64,000 bases of DNA from Polyangiales bacterium (GCA_044229975.1 JBGARZ010000005.1:32001-96000); one strand, 5' to 3'. Shown: positions 39,442 to 47,666, counted from the stretch's first letter. The notes: generated from the sequence alone by a model not told the origin. Numbers and translations are program-made.

Positions 39442-39831
39442 TCATGCAATCCAGCATTTTTCCGAGGTGATCTGCTGAACGCTGCCATCACGGCCGAACG
39501 CGACGAACCACGTCCCACCATCACCCAACCCACCGCTAGTTACGCAGCCGAACGAAATCTCAACCTCGTCCGATTCAAGCGGTTTCGCACTCAAGTGGTA
39601 TCCGTGAGCCTTGCCTGTGTAGAAGATCGTGTCGAGGTCGAGGCCAGCTGTAAGTTCGCTGTGAAGAAGTTTGCACGCCAAGATGTGAGTTTCGGTGTCT
39701 GCACACTGGAGAAAGAACGCAGTCACCTTCTCATCGCCAAGGAAGCCTCGCGCCACCGCCACCTCTTTCTCCCGCCGTGTCTTGGGTGTTTTGGTCTTCC
39801 GTCGCTTCACAGGGCGTCCCTCCACAAGCAT
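39442..39831 (-). CDS. cassette 3: hypothetical protein
   Basis: 129-aa ORF filling the cassette, lower GC; start uncertain. Confidence 0.65.
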   Translation of the reverse strand: MLVEGRPVKRRKTKTPKTRREKEVAVARGFLGDEKVTAFFLQCADTETHILACKLLHSELTAGLDLDTIFYTGKAHGYHLSAKPLESDEVEISFGCVTSGGLGDGGTWFVAFGRDGSVQQITSEKCWIA

Positions 39832-39909
39832 CCCGCTGCCAAGTCTGTGCTCGATCGCGGCGCGCTACCCAATCCTTACTTGCACGCAGCGGCACTCGTC
39901 GAGTCCGCT

Positions 39910-40000
39910 GTCGAACGGCCTGCCGATGTGCCGCCGCATCGGGTGCGACGGGTTGGCAGGGGGTGAAGCGGGGGCGGTCGGCACCATCGGCTTGTTAGAC
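39910..40000 (-). other. attC: attC site 2 (91 bp)
   Basis: Minus strand GTCTAAC AAGCC GATGGTGC ... GCACATC GGCAGGCC GTTCGAC. Confidence 0.9.
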
Positions 40001-40028
40001 CAACGGTATGTCATCTGGGTGTCGCTCG

Positions 40029-40529
40029 TCACTCGCCAGTCTCCATTGGGAGCAAAGGCGTTTCTGCCGAACGCCTGAAGTAGCCGGAAACGGCGGCGCC
40101 CGCGTTAGCGAAGAAGCGAGCGTCTTCCTCGTCATCCTCCGGCCGGGCAAGGCGCCACAGAGAGATTTGCCACTCCTGAAAAATGAAGGAAAAGCCGGGA
40201 TCGGTAATGGCACGATCAAATGGTGTGAAGATGTCGAGTGCAGGGATGAGGTCCGATGCTGGCGTCGCAAGCAGATCGTACCCTTGAAACATGACGGCGA
40301 CAGGGCCGCCACGGCACACCTCAATGAACTCCGCGGTGTCTGTCGATCGCTGATAGAACACCTGGAAGGAATTCCCGAACCAGGCATCGGCAAGTGGATC
40401 GTCCGCGAGCATGTTTTTCTGGAAGCTGACGGGAGTCGACCCCATAGCCGCTCGCACTTCCATCCGCGATGCACCCAATCTCACTGGACCGATGCCGACG
40501 AGGGGAATGATGTCAAAGCGAAGCTGCAT
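40029..40529 (-). CDS. cassette 2: hypothetical protein (immunity-protein-like N-terminus)
   Basis: FDIIPLVGIGPVRLGASRMEVRAAMG; acidic 166-aa ORF; RBS-like aggtga upstream. Confidence 0.75.
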   Translation of the reverse strand: MQLRFDIIPLVGIGPVRLGASRMEVRAAMGSTPVSFQKNMLADDPLADAWFGNSFQVFYQRSTDTAEFIEVCRGGPVAVMFQGYDLLATPASDLIPALDIFTPFDRAITDPGFSFIFQEWQISLWRLARPEDDEEDARFFANAGAAVSGYFRRSAETPLLPMETGE

Positions 40530-40649
40530 CGGCGTCCGTCACCTATCGTTTCGTGGCTCGCTACTCGTTGATCGCGGCACGCCAACCATGGCTCTCCGCT
40601 CTGGGATCGCGGCGCGGGTCTTGCTCTTCCGTAGGCCGCTGCTCTGGGC

Positions 40650-40740
40650 GTCTAACGGCTGGCCGGTGTGCCGCCGCACTGGCTGCGTTGGGTTGCCATT
40701 GAGCACATCGTGGGCGGTCGGCACCACCGGCTTGTTAGGA
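40650..40740 (-). other. attC: attC site 1 (91 bp)
   Basis: Minus strand TCCTAAC AAGCC GGTGGTGC ... GCACACC GGCCAGCC GTTAGAC. Confidence 0.9.
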
Positions 40741-40828
40741 GGCAGCCTGCGCCCCGCCTGCCCGCGCCTCGCGCCTTGCTCATCCGGCGTCAGTGGCTGC
40801 TTGTCGTCCATTGCTCCGTCACCCCGCC

Positions 40829-41146
40829 TTACGTCGCTTCTCGCGAGGCTCTCGCTCGGCCGCCGGACAGTTCAAGCCACTCGACGATCACGTCGGCCGT
40901 CTCGACGAGTGACGTCGTCGTGACGCGCCCTCCGTGCTTGTCCGTCTCGACAAGGAACGGGCACGCGCCGGAGCTCGACTCGATCTGGACTTCGCCCGGC
41001 CGACTTGGAATCCAGAAGAACCACAGGCCGTCGTCGTCTGCGGTATGTGTGACTGACAACTGCTCCCATTCCACGTTGGGCAACCGTGCTCGCACCAGCC
41101 CGATCAGTTCCTCGATGTCCGGCGTTATCGTGGAAACAGTCCCCAT
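40829..41146 (-). CDS. cassette 1: hypothetical protein (105 aa)
   Basis: RBS ggag, ATG 41146 MGTVSTITPDIEE...ADDDGLWFFW...QIESSSGACPFLVE. Confidence 0.75.
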   Translation of the reverse strand: MGTVSTITPDIEELIGLVRARLPNVEWEQLSVTHTADDDGLWFFWIPSRPGEVQIESSSGACPFLVETDKHGGRVTTTSLVETADVIVEWLELSGGRARASREAT

Positions 41147-41226
41147 TACTCCACCCGCACGCGGCTTGAACCCGATGGGAGACTTTCTCGTTCCAGACTG
41201 CCTCGAACCCTCGCCAGTGTCGCGCC

Positions 41227-41245
41227 GCCTAACATCTCGTTCACC
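41227..41245 (-). other. candidate attI simple site
   Basis: Minus strand GGTGAAC-GAGAT-GTTAGGC (L box, 5-nt spacer, R box); core matches R'' of attC1 (TCCTAAC). Confidence 0.6.
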
Positions 41246-41281
41246 CCGCGCCCCATTGCCGAATCCCGTCTTTGGCGCTGC

Positions 41282-41357
41282 TCGCCCGCTTGCTACCCAA
41301 CTCCATATCCCCATTCGCGTAGTTCGCCCGCTCGCTGCCCAATTCCATAACCCCATT
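41282..41357. repeat. imperfect 34-bp direct repeat x2, 42-bp period
   Basis: tcgcccgcttgctacccaactccatatccccatt / tcgcccgctcgctgcccaattccataaccccatt. Confidence 0.85.
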
Positions 41358-41667
41358 TCGGCGCTCTTCGCCAGCCTCTCCTCTCCTCCGCCGCGTCGCC
41401 CTCCTCCCGACCCGCGCCGCGACGGCCTCGCCCCGCAGCTCGAATCCACCCGAGTTCGTCACGGCGCTGAGCTCGCGGCCCGGCGTGGCGACGTCGACCT
41501 CCCCCGACGCCCTCCGCACGAAGCTCCCCGGCGCCTCGACCCGCTCACGAGTCCACCCTCCAGCCCGCCGTCCACCACGCCGCCCAGGCCGCAGCCATCG
41601 ACCAGCGCCGCCTGCCATACCCCTGCCACACCCCTTCCCCGCCCCTTCCCCACCTCCAACGCCCCTC

Positions 41668-41796
41668 GTCATCCCCGACCTGCACCAGCGCCCCTCCCCG
41701 ATGACCCACGGTCATCCCCGCCCCGCATCTCCGCGACCTCCCCATGACCCGCCGTCATCCCCGACCAGCACCCACGCTCCCTTCGACCGCGCCGAC
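41668..41796. repeat. degenerate C-rich 43-bp tandem repeat x3
   Basis: gtcatccccg at 41668, 41711 and 41754; atgaccc recurs in units 1 and 2. Confidence 0.75.
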
Positions 41797-41889
41797 CCAT
41801 CGGACACCTGCGTTCGCGCTCCCTTCTCATGGCGCTTGCCTATCGCCAGTCCCACCAGAGACAACCGGCGATCAAGGGAGGTTATGTTC

Positions 41890-42780
41890 ATGGGGAAGAA
41901 GAACGTTCCAACCAACGCTCCGGGTCATGCAGCGGGCGGCGACGGCGCGCCCCCGGTCGGCGACGCGCAGGCCGCGTACGAGTCGCGCAAGGCCGCGTGG
42001 AAGGCCCTCGGCGGCGTCGAGCTCGGTCCGCCGCGCGTCAACCTCGGCTTCGTCACGGCGCGGGTGCTCCAGATCGGCCGCGCGCTCGCGGAGCCCGGCA
42101 CGCTCGCATCCTTCGACGCGCTCGCCGCCGTGCCGCTGGCCGACGCATCCCCCTACGACGCAGGCGCCGTGCGCCGGCTCCCGGTCATCGCCCTGGCCCT
42201 GTGGCACGCGCGCTACTGCTACCTCACGGCCTCGGCGCAGGCGACGACCGTCGCGCTCCCGCCCGAGACCGTCGCGGCCGCCACGAAGCTACGCGAGGTG
42301 ATGCTCCGCGTCGTGGCCTACCACTGCGTCGACGCCAACAACCCCGACGACAAGGTCGCCGCCGACCTCGACTCCATCCGCGCGGTCGAGGGCCCTCGCT
42401 ATCTCGACCTCGCCACCGACCTCTCGCGCCTCGCGGCCTACTACCGCGACCCTCGCTGGCTCCCGGTGTTCACCACCGATACGCGGCACTTCCGCGCGTC
42501 CGACGGCGAGGCCGCCGAGAAGGCCGCGGCCGACATCCTCGCGCGGCTGCACCAGCGCACCGACGAGGCAGCGACGTGGCTCGTCGAGCTCTACCGCGGC
42601 TGGGCCGACCTCCAGCGCACCTACGACGTCGTGCGGCGCGGGGCGAGCTTCGTGTTCTGGGGCGACGAGGCGAAGGTGCCGCCGCTCGGGTCGCTCCGAC
42701 CGGCGGCGCGCAAGGCGACCAGGGCCGGGGAGACGGAAGAAGACGAAGACCCGATCACCCCTCCCCCGCCGACGACGTGA
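41890..42780 (+). CDS. hypothetical, predicted all-alpha protein (296 aa); not an integrase
   Basis: RBS gggagg 41876-41881; host-like codon usage; no HxxR..Y tyrosine-recombinase motifs. Confidence 0.8.
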   Translation: MGKKNVPTNAPGHAAGGDGAPPVGDAQAAYESRKAAWKALGGVELGPPRVNLGFVTARVLQIGRALAEPGTLASFDALAAVPLADASPYDAGAVRRLPVIALALWHARYCYLTASAQATTVALPPETVAAATKLREVMLRVVAYHCVDANNPDDKVAADLDSIRAVEGPRYLDLATDLSRLAAYYRDPRWLPVFTTDTRHFRASDGEAAEKAAADILARLHQRTDEAATWLVELYRGWADLQRTYDVVRRGASFVFWGDEAKVPPLGSLRPAARKATRAGETEEDEDPITPPPPTT

Positions 42781-42846
42781 CGTCGTCAGAGCGGCGGCCC
42801 GCTCCCCTCCTTCAAGCGGCCTACGGAGAGTCTGTCCGGTCGTGCC

Positions 42847-45072
42847 TCAGTGCCCGCCCTTGTTCAGCCGCCGCTGCGCCCGGTGGATGAACTCCGGCGC
42901 CCACCAGTTCCACTCGCCCAGCAGGCGCATCGTCGCGGGCACCACCAGCACGCGCACCACCGTCGCATCCAGCGTCACCGCGATGGCCATGCCCACGCCC
43001 ATCGCCTTCAGCAGAATCACGTCCGCCATCGCAAACGCCGAAAACACCGCCACCATGATCGCCGCCGCGCTCGTCACCAGGCGCCCCGATCGCTCCAACC
43101 CCTCGGCCACCGCGCGTGTGTTGTCGCCGTGCAGCGCGTGCTCCTCCTGCATGCGCGTGAGCATCAGCACCTCGTAGTCCATCGACAGCCCGAAGGTCGC
43201 GCAGAACATCACGATCGGCAGCGACGGATCGATCGGCCCCGGCGTGAACTTCAGCACCCGCTGGAAGTGCCCCTGCTGGAAGATCCAGACGAGCGCGCCA
43301 AACGACCCGGTGATGGACAGCAGGTTCATCAGCACGGCCTTGATGGGCAGCGCCACGCTCCCGAGCAGCAGCAGCAGCACCAGCATCGTCATGGCCACCA
43401 CGAAGCCGATGGCAGGACCCACCCGCGCGAGCAGGTAGGTGCCGGTGTCGAGGTCCATCGCCGTCTGACCGGTGACCAGCAGCGTGCCGTCGGCCACGCG
43501 CTTCTGCGTCCGCACCGCCCGCACCATCGCACGCGCTCCGTCGGAGGCGGGCGCGAGGTCGGTCACCGCCGCGAGCACCACGACGTGAGCGCCCACCGTG
43601 TCGCGCAGCAGGAGGTGATGGGCCTCGGTGTGCTGCGACGGGTCGAGGATGAGGTCGGCCAGCGCGTCGGGCTCCAGCGAGGGGTCGAGGTCGACGATGC
43701 TCTCCACCCGATCGACGCCCGGAATGGCCGCCACGCGCGTGCTCAACGCCCGCAGCGCGAGCACCCGGTCTCGTCGTGAGAGAGGCGCGTCGGGGAAGCG
43801 CGCGACCATCACCACGCGCGTCTGGGCGCGCTCGGCGAAGTGCTCGGCCATGAGCGCGTTGCCGCGGCGGGTCTCGGTGCGCGCGGGGAGAACGTTCATG
43901 TCGGGGATGGCGACCTTCAACGACAGGAAGGGGATGCCGAGCACCACCAGCAGCGTGAGCGTCGGCGCGAGCACCCACAGCGGGCGGGCCATCACCCAGG
44001 TGGCGAGCTTGTGCCAGAAGCCGTCGCCGCGCGTTGCTCCCAGCGACCCGATGCGCCAGCGGTTGACGTTGGGCCCCAGCACCGCGAGCAGCGCCGGCAG
44101 GAAGGTCAGCGCGTAGAGGACCGCGAAGGCGACGACGAGGGTTCCGCCTGCGCCGAGCGAGGCGAGGTACGACCCGCGGAAGAAGAAGAGCCCCGACAGC
44201 CCGATGAACACCGCGACGCCCGAGAAGGTCACCGCGCGCCCGGCCGTTCGCACGGTGTGCGCGACGGCGTCCTCGACGGACGCACCCTCCGCGAGCTCTT
44301 CGCGGAAGCGATTGACCATGAAGAGCGAGTAGTCGATGGCGACCCCGAGCCCGACCAGCGACACGATGTTGATCGCGTACTGGGCCATCTCCATGCGCCG
44401 CGAGAGCAGCATCACCCCGGCGATGCCCGCCGCCACCGCGAGCCCGCCAATTCCCGCCGGTAGCATGGCGGCCACCACCGACCCGAACACCGCCAGCAAC
44501 ACCAGCAGCGTGAGCGGCGCGGAGAGCAGCTCGGCGCTCTGGAGGTCGTGTTCGAGCACCGCGTCGAGGTCGGCGCGGAAGGCACCGACCCCCGTGACCG
44601 TGACCGTGAGCGGACCGCCCACGATGCGCCGCCGCAGCGCGGGATAGCCGCGCGTGTCGAGGGTGGCTTCGTGGTGCAGCGCCACCGTCGCGATGGCGTG
44701 GTGCGAGTCGAGCGACTGCATCGTCGACGCTTCGGGCGGAGAGACGTCCTCGTCGAAGGGCGTCCGCACGCGGAGCACGGAGCGGTCGCGGCGCAGCGGC
44801 TCCATCGCGTGGCGCACGGCGTCCTGGAAGCGCGGCTCGTCGGTGGTCCACTCGGGGTGGGCGAAGATGACGGTGAGCCCGGAGGCGCCGGCCTGCGGCA
44901 GCTCGCGCTCGACGAGCTCCATGGCGACATCGGCCTCGATGCCGTGGATGCGCCCCGTGGTCAGCCGCCCGCCCTGCGCCAGCGCCGCCAGCGACGCAAA
45001 CAGGAACACCACGCTGACCATCAGCACCGCCTTCCGGTGCCTGAACACCCAGCGGCCCCACTTCTCGAACAT
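42847..45072 (-). CDS. MMPL family (RND) transporter
   Basis: GLGVAIDYSLFMVNRFREE, TAGRAVTFSG, FGLSMDYEV, GRLVTSAA, LDATVVR.LVVPA, GEWNWWAP. Confidence 0.93.
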   Translation of the reverse strand: MFEKWGRWVFRHRKAVLMVSVVFLFASLAALAQGGRLTTGRIHGIEADVAMELVERELPQAGASGLTVIFAHPEWTTDEPRFQDAVRHAMEPLRRDRSVLRVRTPFDEDVSPPEASTMQSLDSHHAIATVALHHEATLDTRGYPALRRRIVGGPLTVTVTGVGAFRADLDAVLEHDLQSAELLSAPLTLLVLLAVFGSVVAAMLPAGIGGLAVAAGIAGVMLLSRRMEMAQYAINIVSLVGLGVAIDYSLFMVNRFREELAEGASVEDAVAHTVRTAGRAVTFSGVAVFIGLSGLFFFRGSYLASLGAGGTLVVAFAVLYALTFLPALLAVLGPNVNRWRIGSLGATRGDGFWHKLATWVMARPLWVLAPTLTLLVVLGIPFLSLKVAIPDMNVLPARTETRRGNALMAEHFAERAQTRVVMVARFPDAPLSRRDRVLALRALSTRVAAIPGVDRVESIVDLDPSLEPDALADLILDPSQHTEAHHLLLRDTVGAHVVVLAAVTDLAPASDGARAMVRAVRTQKRVADGTLLVTGQTAMDLDTGTYLLARVGPAIGFVVAMTMLVLLLLLGSVALPIKAVLMNLLSITGSFGALVWIFQQGHFQRVLKFTPGPIDPSLPIVMFCATFGLSMDYEVLMLTRMQEEHALHGDNTRAVAEGLERSGRLVTSAAAIMVAVFSAFAMADVILLKAMGVGMAIAVTLDATVVRVLVVPATMRLLGEWNWWAPEFIHRAQRRLNKGGH

Positions 45073-45090
45073 CCTAGACCTCTGCTCCTC

Positions 45091-45876
45091 TCATCGCGTG
45101 AGAGCGCGCGCTGCGGAGGCGATCAACATCGCCGCGGCCAGCATCGTCGCCCGGCGATCTGCCACCGGAACCTCGCGCGCCTTGGGCTGAGTTGCCAGCA
45201 CCATCAGCCCGATCGTCGGCAGCGCCGGGACCGCTCTCTCCAGCCACAGGGCGATGGCGCCCGCCGCAAAAAGCCCCACTCCGGTTGCCAGCGCCATGCG
45301 TCCGCGCGGCATGCCGAAGCGCGCCGCCGCCGCGAGGTACAGCGCGATGAACACCGCGTCACCGACCCCGATCGCGGGCCTCGGCTCGCGCAGCGGCGGG
45401 ATCGACACGCTCACGGTGAGCAGCCGCACCATGGCGGGCGACCGCACGATGTGCCGCGTCGGACCCGACGGCGACGTCACGCTCCAGAGGTCGACGGCGG
45501 CGGAGACGAGGGCGACGGCGGTGAGGTGACCGGGCGCCTCCATGCGCGACCCGATGGCGCCGCCGAGCACGCACGCGACGGCGAGGAGTCCGAGCGACCC
45601 GGCGAGGCCCGACACGACGGGCGGGAGGCGCAGCGCGAGCGCGACGAGGGCGAGGCCGACGAGCACGGTGACGGCGACGACGCGACCGGAGAGGGCGCGC
45701 GACGGCGCGGCGAAGAGGCCACCGGCGATGGAGATGGCGACGGCTGTGAGGGCGACGAGCGCGGCCGCGACGGGGCCGACGTGGACGGACGGAGCGACGG
45801 CGGCCATGAGGGCGAGCGGGGCGAGCGCGACGACGGCGGGGCGCAGGACGTCGAGGGCGATCGGGCGAAGGGCCAT
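45091..45876 (-). CDS. putative GxGD intramembrane aspartyl protease (presenilin/SPP-like)
   Basis: Multi-TM; AAVDLWSV...GPT, IGVGD, VPALP in presenilin order; ATG 45876. Confidence 0.7.
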   Translation of the reverse strand: MALRPIALDVLRPAVVALAPLALMAAVAPSVHVGPVAAALVALTAVAISIAGGLFAAPSRALSGRVVAVTVLVGLALVALALRLPPVVSGLAGSLGLLAVACVLGGAIGSRMEAPGHLTAVALVSAAVDLWSVTSPSGPTRHIVRSPAMVRLLTVSVSIPPLREPRPAIGVGDAVFIALYLAAAARFGMPRGRMALATGVGLFAAGAIALWLERAVPALPTIGLMVLATQPKAREVPVADRRATMLAAAMLIASAARALTR

Positions 45877-45917
45877 CGGTGTGCGCGGAGGATAGTCAAT
45901 CGGTGGGGTGTTGCGGC

Positions 45918-46670
45918 ATGTTCGGCGCGTTGCGACGACGAGGCCGAGAGCGTGTGTGGGGTTGGGTGCTGGCTGCTCTGTGCGTGGGCGGGTGCCGCGC
46001 GCCCTCCGCGCGACGGGTGAGCCGCGCCGCGGAGGTGAGCGCCGCGGGGTTGTACTGGGGGCGGTGGGCGGAGGTTCCGGAGGGGATGCGGGTGGCGGTG
46101 TGGCTGCACGAGGACGGCGACGTGCTGCGCGGGAGCTGGGATCTGGTCCCGTGGCACGGCGAGGTGGCGCTGCGGCGTACGGCGACGGGCTACGAAGGGA
46201 GCTGGCGCGAGGAGGGCACCATCGCCATCCAGCAGGGGCGCGAGCGGCGGGTGCGGTTGCTCCGTGATGGGCGCGACGGGTCGCTGCGCGAAGAGGGCGC
46301 GCCGGCCGGTGAGCCCGTGGTGTTGCAGCGCGCGGGGCGGCCGACGTCGGCGCTGCGCGAGGGGCTGTGGCTGGGGCGCTGGACGGGCCTGCCGACGGGG
46401 GTCGCGGTGGAGACGCTGCTGACGCCGCTGGGCGACGGGCGATGGCGCGCGACGTACCGCTACCAGGAGCGCGAAGGCACCTTCGACGGCGACGCGTTGC
46501 CGGGCGGCGGAATGACCATCCGCTGGCGCGAGGTGTCGCCGCGCGATCAGATGGCGCGCGGTCGGGGGCAGTTGTTGCCCGATGTGTTGGGCCTGCGCGG
46601 AACCTACGGCGTGGACGAGCAGTCGACCGGAACGGGGTTCTGGGCGCTGGAGGCGTGGAGGCTGCCGTGA
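45918..46670 (+). CDS. hypothetical lipoprotein with two repeated beta domains
   Basis: Lipobox-like VGGC; duplicated GL(Y/W).GRW..(V/L)P.G..V motif; start uncertain. Confidence 0.6.
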   Translation: MFGALRRRGRERVWGWVLAALCVGGCRAPSARRVSRAAEVSAAGLYWGRWAEVPEGMRVAVWLHEDGDVLRGSWDLVPWHGEVALRRTATGYEGSWREEGTIAIQQGRERRVRLLRDGRDGSLREEGAPAGEPVVLQRAGRPTSALREGLWLGRWTGLPTGVAVETLLTPLGDGRWRATYRYQEREGTFDGDALPGGGMTIRWREVSPRDQMARGRGQLLPDVLGLRGTYGVDEQSTGTGFWALEAWRLP

Positions 46671-46969
46671 GCGACGGGACGGCGCGGAGGCTGCGGGCCT
46701 TGGTGGAGGGCGACGCGCTCGCGGTAGCGGAGGCGCTGCACGCCGACGTGGTGTTCGTGCAGGGCGACGGCACGACGCACTGCGGGGCCGAGGCGGTGCT
46801 CGCGGTGTTTGCGGGTGGGGACGGCGGCGTGCGCTACGCGGTGGTCGCCGCGACGCACGGAGCGGTGGAGGTCGAGCTGACGGTGGAGGGACTCGCTGGT
46901 GCGGTGCGCTTCACACTGCGCGGCGAGAGCGAAGGCGAGCGGCTGGTGCGGGTGATGGTCGAGGCGTGA
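46667..46969 (+). CDS. SnoaL/NTF2-like small protein
   Basis: GTG overlapping upstream stop; GD..AVAEALHADVVF...G.EAV. Confidence 0.65.
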   Translation: MSDGTARRLRALVEGDALAVAEALHADVVFVQGDGTTHCGAEAVLAVFAGGDGGVRYAVVAATHGAVEVELTVEGLAGAVRFTLRGESEGERLVRVMVEA

Positions 46970-46997
46970 GGGGCCAGCGACCGTGACGGGGCGGGGT

Positions 46998-47228
46998 TCA
47001 GCCCCCGTTGGCGACGCGCGCGAGCGGCATCACCGGGGCGGCGGGCGCGACCCCTTCCTCGTCGGCGCGCGTGACGGAGAGCACCTTCATGTCCGGGTGC
47101 TGCGTCACGGCATCGCGCGCGGCCTGCGCGGCGGTGCGGGTCTCGATGAACACCGATACGGTGGACGCCTCGCGCTCGCGCAGCGGACGCATGCTCACCT
47201 CGAAACGATGACTCCAGATTCCTGCCAA
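46998..47228 (-). CDS. small hypothetical protein (76 aa)
   Basis: RBS gggagg 8 nt before TTG 47228. Confidence 0.55.
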   Translation of the reverse strand: MAGIWSHRFEVSMRPLREREASTVSVFIETRTAAQAARDAVTQHPDMKVLSVTRADEEGVAPAAPVMPLARVANGG

Positions 47229-47356
47229 GACTCTGACCTCCCGTACGGGCCAAGACTGCACGAACGATGAGGCGAGCGGAAGTGCTCGTTGTGATCATTC
47301 CGTGTCACGACCTCGGCCATGGCCGCATTGGGCAGCAGGTGAAGAACCGCAATGGG

Positions 47357-47393
47357 AAAAAGGCGGTGACCCTGTGGAGGATCACCGCCCTTT
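47357..47393 (-). terminator. intrinsic terminator (possibly bidirectional)
   Basis: Minus strand GGCGGTGATCC-loop-GGGTCACCGCC-TTTTT. Confidence 0.7.
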
Positions 47394-47666
47394 GAAAAGA
47401 TGTCCGTACCGCGCAGACCGTGGGAGCGTACAGAACCCCTTGGACACGCCAAGGTGGGAGCCGGGTATCGCGACTTAAGGCTTCCCGGTGAAAGATCCGG
47501 GCCTGCACACCGCCACGAGGTTTAGCTCCCGGGTTCGTGAAAAAAGAGGGATTTTGTACGCGACCTTCACCTGTCCGCGCAGAGGGACGATCGCTACCGT
47601 GAGCCTTCGCGCCGCGCACTTCAAGGCTGCCGAAAAAAGATTCTTCGGCGTACTCTTCGCCGCGCG

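Larger units (their letters stand above)
36730..41245 (-). mobile_element. integron gene-cassette array: 7 cassettes, 7 attC sites, attI-like head, no intI in window (CALIN-like)
   Basis: Seven 91-bp imperfect palindromes (RYYYAAC...GTTRRRY-type) separating short co-oriented lower-GC ORFs. Confidence 0.92.

Noticed and set aside
36730..40740. CRISPR or REP interpretation of the 91-bp repeats
   Set aside because: Intervening segments are about 290-710 bp gene-sized units, and the repeats have attC core sites with variable centres
41890..42780. Integron integrase intI
   Set aside because: Right position and orientation, but no tyrosine-recombinase catalytic motifs (no HxLRH, no LGH, no conserved C-terminal Tyr box)
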